Below are positions 1 to 9,213 of a stretch of 64,000 nt of DNA, in pieces (the first letter of the stretch is position 1; each line of letters opens with the position of its first letter). The position numbers and the translations under genes are program-made. Below the pieces are notes generated by a model that ran no database searches, was not told the origin of the DNA, and saw only the letters and a program-made list of their open reading frames with translations. The stretch lies in contig CAMMAZ010000004.1 of the NCBI GenBank assembly GCA_946493765.1, positions 403 to 64,402 of the forward strand, read 5' to 3'. The stretch comes from an uncultured Clostridia bacterium. GTDB taxonomy: Bacteria; Bacillota; Clostridia; Oscillospirales; Acutalibacteraceae.

Positions 1-1
1 G

Positions 2-100
2 GTTTTTGCGGATATTTTACCGGATTGGACAAGCATTGTCGGGTTTGTTGCGGCGATTTTTGGTATTGCAAACAATCCATCAGATAAGCAGAAGTTCTAA
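2..100 (+). CDS. 3' end of a gene that starts upstream of the window (hydrophobic C-terminus, probable membrane protein)
   Basis: Frame 2 reads VFADILPDWTSIVGFVAAIFGIANNPSDKQKF then TAA at 98-100. A strong hairpin terminator follows. Too short to name. Confidence 0.35.
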   Translation, partial: VFADILPDWTSIVGFVAAIFGIANNPSDKQKF

Positions 101-114
101 CAGATTGAAATGGC

Positions 115-154
115 AAACGGCTCTGTGGAATTTCAATTTTCACAGAGCCGTTTT
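115..154 (+). terminator. Rho-independent terminator
   Basis: Stem aaacggctctgtg / cacagagccgttt with a 13-nt loop, followed by a T run. Confidence 0.7.
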
Positions 155-196
155 CGGCATCTTCCTGCTTTTTCGCTTTTCATCCGGGTCAATTTA

Positions 197-205
197 TGCT
201 ATACT
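197..205 (+). promoter_or_regulatory. Candidate extended -10 (TGcTATACT) for the two-component operon
   Basis: Sequence tgctatact lies about 60 nt upstream of the GTG start at 268. The -35 is weak. Confidence 0.35.
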
Positions 206-267
206 AGGCAAAACGGACAAAGTTGTGCAGCCCCCAAGATGTCTGATCGGAAAGGCGGGAGCATCAA

Positions 268-879
268 GTGGATCGCATTTTTATTGTGGAAGACGATCAA
301 AGTATTAAAAACGAACTGGCGGATTTGCTGCGCGCCAACGGTTACCAGCCGGTGGAACAGCCGCCTTGTGAATTGGCGCTTTTGGATGTGAATCTGCCGG
401 GAGAAAACGGTTTTGAGATCTGTCGGAAGCTCCGGCAGCATTCGGATGTTCCGGTTATTTTTTTAACGGCGCGGGACACGGCGGAGGATGAAATTTTAGG
501 GTTTGGTGTTGGGGCGGACGATTATATCCGCAAGCCGTATCATTCTTCGGTTTTGCTCGCCCGAATCGAACGGTTGTTAAAACGCAAATCCAATCCGGTC
601 TTATCGGTGCAGGATTTAAAACTGCATTTGTGTGATATGACGGTGGAATATGGCGGGAAGACGGCACAGCTGACAAGAAATGAAACGCGGATCCTTGCCT
701 GCTTGATGCAAAAACAGCTGTGCACCCGCACCGAGATCATTGAGGATTTATGGAACAACAGCTTATATGTGGACGAAAATACGCTGTATGTCAACATCAA
801 CCGGCTGCGGGAAAAATTAAAGCAGCTCGGTGCGCATGATTATATTCATACCGTCCGCGGTGTGGGGTACCGCTTATGA
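268..879 (+). CDS. OmpR/PhoB-type response regulator, BceR-like
   Basis: N-terminal receiver (IFIVEDD...LLDVNLPG...) and C-terminal winged-helix (RNETRILACL...VRGVGYRL). GTG start follows GGGAG. ATGA overlap with the kinase gene. Confidence 0.9.
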   Translation: MDRIFIVEDDQSIKNELADLLRANGYQPVEQPPCELALLDVNLPGENGFEICRKLRQHSDVPVIFLTARDTAEDEILGFGVGADDYIRKPYHSSVLLARIERLLKRKSNPVLSVQDLKLHLCDMTVEYGGKTAQLTRNETRILACLMQKQLCTRTEIIEDLWNNSLYVDENTLYVNINRLREKLKQLGAHDYIHTVRGVGYRL

Positions 880-1841
880 AGCTGCGCGATTTTATCTATG
901 CCAAAGCGGTAACGCTATGTTTTTTCGGCATCGGCGCACTGCTGCTCGGCGCTGTTTTTTGGATGGGCAATGCGCAGCTGCCTTTACTGCTGCTCACCGA
1001 AGGGCTTTTGATTTTATTGGTCGCCGCATGGCTGGTGGTCAGCTTTTGGCACGAAAAGAAAAAACTGCAAAAGATAACAAAAATCATCGATCAGATGGAG
1101 GAGAAGTATCTGGCAGCAGAGGTGCTGCTCCCGCCGGCTGATCCGGTGCAGCGGCAGTATTTTCAGATCATGCGCGCCGTTTCACGTTCTGCGATCGACG
1201 CTGTGGAAACCGCGCAGCGCCAGCGGGATGAATACCGCGACTATGTCGAAAGCTGGATTCATGAAATCAAAACGCCGCTGACCGCCTGTTCATTGATTTT
1301 GGCAAACGGCGGCGATGCGGATAAATTGCGCCGGGAACTCAAACGCGCCGATAATTTAACAGAAAGTATTTTGTATTATGCGCGTGCGCGAAGTTTGGAA
1401 ACGGATATCAAAATCAGCAAAGTTTCGGTGCAGGATGTGATGGATGAAGCGGTCAAAAGCCAGATGGAACTGCTGATCGCAGCGAAAATCAGTGTGGAAA
1501 CGAACGGGGACTTTTTTGTGCATACCGATAAAAAGGCGCTTGCGTTTATTTTAAAACAGCTTTTGATCAACTGTGCAAAATATTGTCCGGGCGCGCATGT
1601 CGCGATAACCGCCCAAAACGGGACGATCACCGTGACGGACAACGGGCCGGGTATTCCGGCGCATGAGCTGCCGCGCGTGACACAGCGTGGTTTTACCGGC
1701 GCGGGGAACAAAAGCACCGGTATGGGACTGTATATCGTCAGTGAACTTTGCAAAAAGCTGGAGATCGACCTGCATATCACCTCTGTTTTCGGTCAATCTA
1801 CAAGTGTCGCGCTGTCTTTTTTATCCCTTACAAAATCGTAA
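876..1841 (+). CDS. Intramembrane-sensing histidine kinase, BceS-like
   Basis: Two N-terminal TM helices with almost no external loop. H-box (WIHEIKTPL) and N/G boxes (DNGPGI, GMGLYIV). Sits beside a BceAB-type transporter. Confidence 0.9.
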   Translation: MKLRDFIYAKAVTLCFFGIGALLLGAVFWMGNAQLPLLLLTEGLLILLVAAWLVVSFWHEKKKLQKITKIIDQMEEKYLAAEVLLPPADPVQRQYFQIMRAVSRSAIDAVETAQRQRDEYRDYVESWIHEIKTPLTACSLILANGGDADKLRRELKRADNLTESILYYARARSLETDIKISKVSVQDVMDEAVKSQMELLIAAKISVETNGDFFVHTDKKALAFILKQLLINCAKYCPGAHVAITAQNGTITVTDNGPGIPAHELPRVTQRGFTGAGNKSTGMGLYIVSELCKKLEIDLHITSVFGQSTSVALSFLSLTKS

Positions 1842-1855
1842 GGCTTTTTGTAAGA
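1827..1855 (+). promoter_or_regulatory. Candidate response-regulator operator (cTTACaaaatcGTAAG + GTAAG) upstream of the ABC operon
   Basis: Inverted repeat CTTAC-n6-GTAAG plus a third GTAAG, about 30-60 nt upstream of an extended -10 (TGgTATCAT at 1884-1892). The position fits activation of bceAB-type promoters. Confidence 0.3.
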
Positions 1856-1914
1856 CTGCGTTATAAAAAAATCTGTTGTTTTGTGGTATCATCAGAACAA
1901 ACGGAGGTATCAAC

Positions 1915-2745
1915 ATGAACAATATGATTTTACAGGTCGAAAATGTTACGAAATATTACGGATCGGGCAGCGTTGTGACCAAAGCGCTGGACGGCATCTC
2001 CTTTTCTGTCCAAAAAGGGGAGTTCACCGCGATCATGGGCGCGTCGGGTTCCGGAAAGAGCACGCTTTTGAATGTGATTTCCACCATCGACCGCATCAGC
2101 GCGGGGAAAATCCTGGTGGAGGGACATTCCGTTGCGGATATGAAGGAGGACGCGCTGTCCGCCTTTCGCCGCGATAAGCTCGGTTTTATTTTTCAGGAAT
2201 ACAATTTGCTGGACACGCTGACGGTTGGGGAAAACATCGTTTTGCCGCTGAATCTGCGCCGGATCGATGCGGCAAAAACAAAAGCGGAATTGCAACGGGT
2301 CGCGCAGACGCTCGGCGTTGCGGACCAGCTGCAAAAGTTCCCGTATGAATTGTCCGGCGGGCAGCGGCAGCGCGCCGCCTGCGCCAGAGCGATCATCGTG
2401 AATCCCGCGTTGGTTCTGGCAGATGAGCCGACCGGCGCACTGGATTCCAAAAATTCAAAAATCCTGATGCAGACTTTCTCACTCATGAACCGGCAGCTGG
2501 GTTCCACGATTTTGATGGTCACTCACGATGCAATGGTCGGTTCCTTTGCGCAACGGGTGTTGTTTTTAAAGGACGGACAGATTTTCGGAGAAGTGGTGCG
2601 CGGCGACCGCGACCGGCAGACGATGTATAACGAAATTTTGTCGGTCATGGCGGGACTCGGCGGGGATACCGGAGAAGAGAATTTGCCGCAAACGGCATTC
2701 GAGCAAAACAACGGCGTCGCCGGGGGAGGTGATGCCGGATGCTGA
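1915..2745 (+). CDS. ABC transporter ATP-binding protein, BceA-like
   Basis: Walker A GASGSGKST, signature LSGGQRQR, Walker B LVLADEPT. ATG at 1915 follows GGAGG, so the longer track ORF from 1876 is an upstream extension. Confidence 0.9.
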   Translation: MNNMILQVENVTKYYGSGSVVTKALDGISFSVQKGEFTAIMGASGSGKSTLLNVISTIDRISAGKILVEGHSVADMKEDALSAFRRDKLGFIFQEYNLLDTLTVGENIVLPLNLRRIDAAKTKAELQRVAQTLGVADQLQKFPYELSGGQRQRAACARAIIVNPALVLADEPTGALDSKNSKILMQTFSLMNRQLGSTILMVTHDAMVGSFAQRVLFLKDGQIFGEVVRGDRDRQTMYNEILSVMAGLGGDTGEENLPQTAFEQNNGVAGGGDAGC

Positions 2746-4703
2746 CAAAGCTTGCAATTCGCAATGTCAAGCGGCAGATCGGAAATTATCTGATTTATTT
2801 TTTCACCGTGTCTTTAACGGTGGCGTTGATGTTTGCGGTCAATAATGTCATTTTCAGTGAGGCGCTGCTGCAAAAAGCGGAGATTTTCCGAGAGCTGAAA
2901 TCCGGTCTCATTGGCATTTCGGTGTTTGTTGCGCTGATCGTTGCATTTGTGCTGGGCTATGCGACTTCTTTCATGCTCAAACTGCGAAAAAGGGAATTCG
3001 GAACCTATTTAACGCTGGGTATGACCCGCAAAAACATATTGTCCATCTTTGTGCTGGAAACGATGATTCTATGCGCGGCGGCGCTGCTTGCCGGTATGCT
3101 GTTTGGTCTGTTTGTGTATCAGGGACTGATGCTTGTCATTTCCAATTTGATGGAGATGGAATTTGCTTTTGCCGCGTATTCCGTCAAAGGGCTGGTGCTC
3201 ACCGTCGTGCTGGTGTGCGGTGTGTTTGGTTTGGCGTCGGTCACATCGGCGCTGTATTTAAAACGCGTGAGCATTTACCAGCTGATTCATGGGGATAAGG
3301 TCGTTGACAAACAGGTCAAACACCCTGTGCTGTGGTTTGAAATCGTGATCATTTCCTTTGCGGCAATCCTTTGCAGCTGTCTTGTCTTTTACAAAACAAC
3401 CGAAAAAATGTTCACACAAGGCGGCGGTTCCGGCGGCATGTTATTTGGTTCTTTGGCGGTATTGGCGGGAGCGCTCGTGTTCTTTCATATCGGTCTTGCC
3501 CGCAGCGCCGTGTATTTGCTGCTCAAAAGCGAGCGCTTTTGCAGCCGCGGTACCAATACATTTACATTGCGCCAGCTTTCCGGAAAGCTGCGGTCCAACG
3601 CCGTCATGGCGGGTGCGCTGGCCTTTCTGATTGCGTTTGCGGTGATTTTAGCCAACGTTTCCTTTGTGCAGAAGGTCAGCGAGGAAAGCACGCTCGATCA
3701 GACCTATCCGTTTGATATCAACATTGTGTCGGACGCGACCCAGCCGGCACCGGTTTCGGAGGAACAAGCGGATAAAATCATTCGATCCTTTGTTCCGATC
3801 GAAGAAAAAATGCATTATGCTGTCTATACGACTAAGACCGCCTATCTTTACAGTTTCACCAGATGGACGGGCGACGGCTATGAAGGTTTAGAAGATTCCA
3901 TCATGGCGCAAAGCGATATCAACCGGCTGTATCGGGCGCTTGGCCGTGATCCGGTGCAGCTCGACGGCGGATTTAAAATTCTGTGCAACGTGCCACAGGT
4001 CACAAGCTTTGATTTTTCCAAAGCCAAATTGGAGATCGGCGGGAAAACATACGCCTATACCGGCATTGCGGATGATATGCCCTATATCACCTATGATTAT
4101 TTTATCGCGGTGGTGCCGGACGAAGCGGCGCAGCATTTATCCTTACAGTCGAACGGTGTTGCCTATACCCTGAAGAATCAAAAGTTTGACGCGCAGGCGT
4201 TACATGACGCGCTGTCCTATCCTTACACCACGAGCGACGGCGCCTACACCTATGACCGCTGCGACTATCATATCCGGGAATATGGCAGAATGCAGCGCAA
4301 CAGCAACACGGCGGTGTTTGTGACCGGCGCTTTGTATGTCTCGATCGTGTTTGTGTTTTTAGCCATGGCGATTTTAGCGCTCAAAACCTTGTCCGGTCTG
4401 TCGGACGACCGCCGGCAATACAGCATCCTTTTTCGGCTCGGCGCCGGAGAACGTGAACAAAGCAAAACATTGTTTTGGCAGACGTTCAGTTTCTTTTTCC
4501 TGCCGTTTGCGCTGCCGATCCTGCTTAGCATTCCCACCGGCATGATCTGCGCGCAGATCATGCGCATGGCAGGGCTTAGCATGACGGGAACAGTCTATTT
4601 AAATACCGGGCTGATCGCCCTTTGTTTGATCGCGGTTTATTTGCTCTATTTTACTGCGACCTATCTTTTGGCGAAAAAAACAGTCGTTCGGTCAACGCTC
4701 TAG
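2739..4703 (+). CDS. FtsX-family ABC permease with large extracellular domain, BceB-like
   Basis: 654 aa. TM helices flank a soluble loop of about 200 aa. Start overlaps the ATPase stop. Confidence 0.9.
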   Translation: MLTKLAIRNVKRQIGNYLIYFFTVSLTVALMFAVNNVIFSEALLQKAEIFRELKSGLIGISVFVALIVAFVLGYATSFMLKLRKREFGTYLTLGMTRKNILSIFVLETMILCAAALLAGMLFGLFVYQGLMLVISNLMEMEFAFAAYSVKGLVLTVVLVCGVFGLASVTSALYLKRVSIYQLIHGDKVVDKQVKHPVLWFEIVIISFAAILCSCLVFYKTTEKMFTQGGGSGGMLFGSLAVLAGALVFFHIGLARSAVYLLLKSERFCSRGTNTFTLRQLSGKLRSNAVMAGALAFLIAFAVILANVSFVQKVSEESTLDQTYPFDINIVSDATQPAPVSEEQADKIIRSFVPIEEKMHYAVYTTKTAYLYSFTRWTGDGYEGLEDSIMAQSDINRLYRALGRDPVQLDGGFKILCNVPQVTSFDFSKAKLEIGGKTYAYTGIADDMPYITYDYFIAVVPDEAAQHLSLQSNGVAYTLKNQKFDAQALHDALSYPYTTSDGAYTYDRCDYHIREYGRMQRNSNTAVFVTGALYVSIVFVFLAMAILALKTLSGLSDDRRQYSILFRLGAGEREQSKTLFWQTFSFFFLPFALPILLSIPTGMICAQIMRMAGLSMTGTVYLNTGLIALCLIAVYLLYFTATYLLAKKTVVRSTL

Positions 4704-4730
4704 GAGATTGCCGGTACGCAGATAAAAAAC

Positions 4731-4760
4731 AACAGACCGTCCGTTTTCGGGCGGTCTGTT
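4731..4760. terminator. Bidirectional hairpin terminator between convergent genes
   Basis: acagaccgtcc / gggcggtctgt stem with an A run on the left and a T run on the right. Confidence 0.7.
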
Positions 4761-4784
4761 TTCATGCATGTATTAAATTTTCAG

Positions 4785-5078
4785 TTAATCGCAGCAATCG
4801 CAGGATCTTGCGTCACAGCAGATCGTGCCGTCTTCCACACAGGCGGTCACCGAATAGGTCACGGGAATTTTAATGCAGATTTTCTGCAGGATCGTGAAGG
4901 TGCAGGTGTTGCAGCAATCCATGCATTCACAAATGACTTTCGGCTCTCCGCAGCATTCGATTTCCACGTCGCTGACGGTGGCGGTCGGTTTCAACTCGAC
5001 CGGCAGGCTGATGTCGGCATATTGGCAGCTTGTTTTTGTGCATTTGTTGTGCGGGCTGTTGGATTCATAGTTGGACAT
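4785..5078 (-). CDS. Small cysteine-rich protein (16 Cys in 97 aa), function unknown
   Basis: ATG is preceded by AAGGAG and the gene ends at the shared terminator. Contains CC, CxC and CDCC clusters. No signal peptide or TM helix is visible. Confidence 0.6.
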   Translation of the reverse strand: MSNYESNSPHNKCTKTSCQYADISLPVELKPTATVSDVEIECCGEPKVICECMDCCNTCTFTILQKICIKIPVTYSVTACVEDGTICCDARSCDCCD

Positions 5079-5240
5079 AAAGATCAGGCTCCTTATTTGA
5101 TTTTTTGCAGATGGCGTTCATCTGCGCGCGAAAAAATTCCTGCATCTCTTAAAGTTGAGATATTCCATCATATGTGATTCATTATAAAGTGTTACAAATA
5201 AGGATTTTAGCCGATGATATACCATTGAAATCAGACCGGG

Positions 5241-6023
5241 CTACCGCGCCGCACCGCGCAGACCGGGCCGGGCAGGACGGCAAAATTCCGTCATGTTGTC
5301 CCAATAGCGTTTGGGCATATGCGACATGCGGCATTTGGGATTGTAGCGTTCTTCAATAGCGATGGTATCGTAATATTCGCGCCAAAGCTGCCGGTACATC
5401 TGCTCCGTTTCGTCCGGTTGATCCATGACAAAGTTGTCCACCGGGATGATCGCCGCCTGCCGTGGGCGGTAAACCAGCGCCATGCCGTTTGTTTCGTCGT
5501 AGATCAGAAAACTTTCCAGCGGATACCGGTCAATAAAATGCGGCGCAATCAGCGGCAGCACCTGATTGCGCGGGCGGATCACTGCCGAGAGAACCTTTTC
5601 GGTGGCGGAAAAGCGGATAAACTGCTTGAAACGATGGCTTTCGTTATAAAGATGCCGCTGTGCTTTTTGCAGTGTGCAGACGGTGTCGTCCGTTAAATTG
5701 CGCAAAATGCCCGGTCCCGCCGCAAATCCGGCCTGCAAAAAACGCAGCATGTGCAGTTCCTTTTGCGGTAAAAAGGTGAGAAAAGCATCCCGGACAAGCA
5801 GCCCCGCGCCGCGCCCGATTTTTTGCGGAATCGCCTTTTGCACCCGCGCTGCATGAGATGCGTTTGTCGCAATAAAACGCGCCGGGTCCAGTGTTTGCTG
5901 CGGCTGGTCGAACCGGCGGATGTCCACCGGCGTTTCCTTGTTTTGAAAGCTTTCAAACACGCAGCTGAAAAAGCCGTCGAATGTGCCGTCGTATTCATAA
6001 ACTACATTTTTGCCTGCAAACAT
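5241..6023 (-). CDS. DUF4130-type 'probable DNA metabolism protein', partner of the radical SAM gene
   Basis: 260 aa and overlaps the upstream radical SAM gene by 22 nt. I recognise the pairing as the conserved rSAM / DNA-metabolism-protein gene pair. No fused uracil-DNA-glycosylase domain is present. Confidence 0.7.
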   Translation of the reverse strand: MFAGKNVVYEYDGTFDGFFSCVFESFQNKETPVDIRRFDQPQQTLDPARFIATNASHAARVQKAIPQKIGRGAGLLVRDAFLTFLPQKELHMLRFLQAGFAAGPGILRNLTDDTVCTLQKAQRHLYNESHRFKQFIRFSATEKVLSAVIRPRNQVLPLIAPHFIDRYPLESFLIYDETNGMALVYRPRQAAIIPVDNFVMDQPDETEQMYRQLWREYYDTIAIEERYNPKCRMSHMPKRYWDNMTEFCRPARPGLRGAAR

Positions 6024-7318
6024 GCCCGCACCTCCATGTCTCCGATTTTATGATCTGAAAATAAACTTAGCTGTTCATATTGCTGCGGCAGCTGCCGGCT
6101 TACATAATCCAGCCCCTGCTGGGAAATCAGGCTGCGCAGCATACCGTCCTGCGTGATGTGCAGCCCGTCGGCCAGTTTGCCGCCCGCGATGATGAAATAC
6201 TGCGCGCGTTTTAAAACAACGCCGATTTTTTTCAGTCCCGCATAGCTTAAGGTTCCGGCCTTGCGGGCGGTGATGATGCGTTTGGCGCTGGTCACGCCGA
6301 TGCCCGGCACCCGCAGCAGCATTTCATAGGGCGCGGTTTGCACCTCGATGGGAAACAGCTCCATGTGATTGAGCGCCCAGTTGCATTTTGGGTCGATCAG
6401 CGGATTGAAATGCGGATGCTCTTCATCCAGCAGCTCTTCGGCTTTGAACCCGTAAAACCGCAGCAGCCAGTCCGCCTGGTATAACCGATGTTCCCGCAAA
6501 AGCGGCGGCGGTGTGTCGGCAGCAGGCAGCAGCGGATTGGTGGACACCGGCATATAAGCGGAAAAGAACACGCGTTTTAACCGGTATTTTTGATACAGCG
6601 CGCTGGACAGATTCAAAATCTGGTAGTCGGTGTCCGGCGTTGCGCCGATGATCATCTGGGTGCTTTGTCCTGCGGGCACGAATTTGGGCGCGTGCTGATA
6701 CTTTATCAGTTCCCGTTTGTTTTCCCGCAATCTGCCGGAGATAAAACCCATCGGTTTTAAAATGGAGGTCTTGGATTTGTCGGGCGCGAGCCGGTTTAAG
6801 CTTTTCTGGCTTGGCAGCTCGATGTTCACGCTCATGCGGTCGGCAAGCATACCGAGCCTTTGCAGCAGCGCCTCATCCGCGCCGGGGATCGCCTTGGCGT
6901 GGATATAACCGAAAAAGCGGTATTCATTCCGCAGGATTTCCAGTGTCTTGATCATCTGTTCGCAGGTGTAATCCGGGTTTTTCATCACGCCGGAACTTAA
7001 AAACAGCCCCTCGATATAATTGCGCCGGTAAAATTCGATCGTTAAATCAGCCAGCTCCCGCGGCGTGAAAGCCGCGCGCGGCAGATCGTTGCTGCGCCGG
7101 TTGACACAGTAGGCGCAATCGTAAACGCAGACGTTGGTTAATAGCACCTTCAAAAGGGAAACACATCGCCCGTCGGCGGAAAAGGTGTGGCAGATCCCGC
7201 ACGCCGCCGCATTGCCGATCCCGTCTTTACCGTTTTTGCGGTCAACACCGCTGGAGGTGCAGGCAACATCGTATTTCGCGCTGTCGGATAGAATTTTCAG
7301 CTTTTCAAACAAATCCAT
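6002..7318 (-). CDS. Putative DNA modification/repair radical SAM protein with C-terminal helix-hairpin-helix
   Basis: CVYDCAYC (CxxxCxxC) cluster. HhH-like LLRVPGIGVTSAKRIITARK. Start taken at MDLFEKLK (7318) rather than the track start at 7357. Confidence 0.85.
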   Translation of the reverse strand: MDLFEKLKILSDSAKYDVACTSSGVDRKNGKDGIGNAAACGICHTFSADGRCVSLLKVLLTNVCVYDCAYCVNRRSNDLPRAAFTPRELADLTIEFYRRNYIEGLFLSSGVMKNPDYTCEQMIKTLEILRNEYRFFGYIHAKAIPGADEALLQRLGMLADRMSVNIELPSQKSLNRLAPDKSKTSILKPMGFISGRLRENKRELIKYQHAPKFVPAGQSTQMIIGATPDTDYQILNLSSALYQKYRLKRVFFSAYMPVSTNPLLPAADTPPPLLREHRLYQADWLLRFYGFKAEELLDEEHPHFNPLIDPKCNWALNHMELFPIEVQTAPYEMLLRVPGIGVTSAKRIITARKAGTLSYAGLKKIGVVLKRAQYFIIAGGKLADGLHITQDGMLRSLISQQGLDYVSRQLPQQYEQLSLFSDHKIGDMEVRACLQAKM

Positions 7319-7414
7319 ATGAAACCCTCCCGCTAAACTGATTATACAACAGAACAAATGTTCGAGTCAAGAGGAAAATTTTTTATGACCGAACTTTTTG
7401 CAGACAATAAAACA

Positions 7415-7446
7415 CCCGCCGGTTTCCCAAACAGGAAACCGACGGG
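7415..7446 (-). terminator. Rho-independent terminator of the esterase gene
   Basis: cccgccggtttcc / ggaaaccgacggg stem. A T-rich tract follows on the minus strand. Confidence 0.6.
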
Positions 7447-7460
7447 CTGTCGTGTGCAGT

Positions 7461-8930
7461 TTAAAAGTCTTGCGCCGTATACCGGTCGCAGCAGGCAGGC
7501 GGACAAGGGAGGGACACATCAAACTGCGGGCTGCCGTAAGGATAGACGCGGCGGGTAAATTCCGTTTTACCGTCGGTCTGCCGCACTGCGAGCAGAAAGT
7601 CGGGCGCCGCATCCGTCTCGCGCCACCGGCGCAGTGCATCCAAATCACTGGCGCGATTGTCGTTTGCAAAAATCGCGTTGGTGCCGTAGCCGCCGTTGCC
7701 GTGGTCTTTGCCCGGAAAGAGAAAATACCGGCAAAAGTCTTTGACCGTCTCATAGCCGCCGCAGCGTTGCAGCACGCGCTGATAGTAGCGCATGGCGTCG
7801 GGAAAGGAAACGCAAGGGTCGGCGCTGCCGGAATAGATCAGCAGCTTGCCGCCGTGCCGGGTAAAAGCGGAAAGATCCGGATCGTTGGCATTCAAATCCT
7901 TTGCAAGCAGGTGGTTCAAATGGTCAAGATCGTCCGCAAAATCAAAGGACGCAGCGGTGTAATCTTTGCCGAACGCCCAGATAAATGGGTAATAATGCGG
8001 GCTTTCCGCCTGTTGGCAGTCGTTAATTCCACAGCCGAACGCTTCGGAACCGATCGGCATGCCGTTATAAATGCGTTCGCCGGTTTTGGGATTGACAGGA
8101 CCGCTGTAAACCGCGTGCAGCGCCGACAACTGTTCGGGATGCAGCGCGGGCATCTCCTTTGCAAGCTGTTTTAAAAACGCATCGATCACAGCTTCATCGC
8201 CCTGCGGGAAGGAAACAAACCGGTCGCCGGGCTCTCCGTCGCCGCGGTTTTGAAAAAATACAGCGGCAAAAGCCGTGATCGCTTCAATTTCCTCTGTTTG
8301 AAACATCGGTTCTCCGTTTGCCCGCCGCAGGTGCAGATGGTTCCATAAAAAATAGGTGTGCAGGTTGGTGCGGTTGTTGGCGGGCACACCGGCGATGATA
8401 CCATCGTAATCTTCCGGGAAACGCTGTGCGAGCGACAGCGCCTGCTGACCGCCGGTGGAGCCGCCGGTAAAATAGGAAAAACGCGGCGGTTTTTGGTAAC
8501 AGGCTGCAATCAGCGCTTTCGCCGCCACAGTCATCAGGTGGGTGGCGCGCCAGCCGAAATCTTTCCAGACATCCGGATTCTGGATACCGCTTTCCCGTCC
8601 GCGCGAAGTGCCCATATCGGTGTTGGCGACTGCGTAATTTTGCCGCAGATATGTCGGCAGCAGCCAGAAAGCAATTGACCCCGCCATGCCGCCGTTACCG
8701 GTTCCGATAAAAATACCGTTCCAGTTTTCCGGCAGCCAGACCTCGGTGTGGATCAACGATCCCGGCCCCGGCGTCATTTGCAGCCGGACACGGTAAAAGG
8801 GCGGCAGATTTTCGATCATATCGCCGTTTTCCAATTGCAGACGATTTTTATTTTCATAATCGACGGACAAAATGACCGTGTCGGGTAAAAGAGTGTTTTG
8901 CAGCCGTTTGATGATTGCATTGACCGGCAT
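7461..8930 (-). CDS. Tannase/feruloyl-esterase-family alpha/beta hydrolase
   Basis: 489 aa with nucleophile-elbow context FTGGSTGGQQAL, typical of the tannase/feruloyl esterase family. Confidence 0.7.
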   Translation of the reverse strand: MPVNAIIKRLQNTLLPDTVILSVDYENKNRLQLENGDMIENLPPFYRVRLQMTPGPGSLIHTEVWLPENWNGIFIGTGNGGMAGSIAFWLLPTYLRQNYAVANTDMGTSRGRESGIQNPDVWKDFGWRATHLMTVAAKALIAACYQKPPRFSYFTGGSTGGQQALSLAQRFPEDYDGIIAGVPANNRTNLHTYFLWNHLHLRRANGEPMFQTEEIEAITAFAAVFFQNRGDGEPGDRFVSFPQGDEAVIDAFLKQLAKEMPALHPEQLSALHAVYSGPVNPKTGERIYNGMPIGSEAFGCGINDCQQAESPHYYPFIWAFGKDYTAASFDFADDLDHLNHLLAKDLNANDPDLSAFTRHGGKLLIYSGSADPCVSFPDAMRYYQRVLQRCGGYETVKDFCRYFLFPGKDHGNGGYGTNAIFANDNRASDLDALRRWRETDAAPDFLLAVRQTDGKTEFTRRVYPYGSPQFDVSLPCPPACCDRYTAQDF

Positions 8931-9213
8931 GATAATCCTCCTTTTTGAAAAGACCGTTCAACCATTTTTTCGTGTTTCTCTTCAACATGGAACGATCCCG
9001 CTTTAAAAAATGATTTTTTTAATCTTACCGCGAATGTGAGGGGAAGTCAATCCTTTTTGGATTCTCACCGGGGGATATCTCGCAAATGTCTGGATTTTGC
9101 AAAAAATTGCATGCAATTTTCATTCTTCTCTGGCAATCCGGTGCAGTTTGTGTTATAGCTCTCACAAAAGGGGCATTCGGCAGAAGAAGCTGTAATCTTA
9201 GAGGAGAATGTTT

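Noticed and set aside
4785-7318. The idea that the Cys-rich 97-aa ORF is a RiPP precursor (SCIFF/ranthipeptide-like) matured by the co-directional radical SAM enzyme.
   Set aside because: The radical SAM protein carries a helix-hairpin-helix tail and is fused in function to a DUF4130 partner. That is the signature of the DNA-metabolism pair, not of SPASM/twitch peptide maturases, and I saw no extra C-terminal Cys clusters. The small gene is separated by 162 bp and has its own promoter-like AT-rich region. Not fully excluded.
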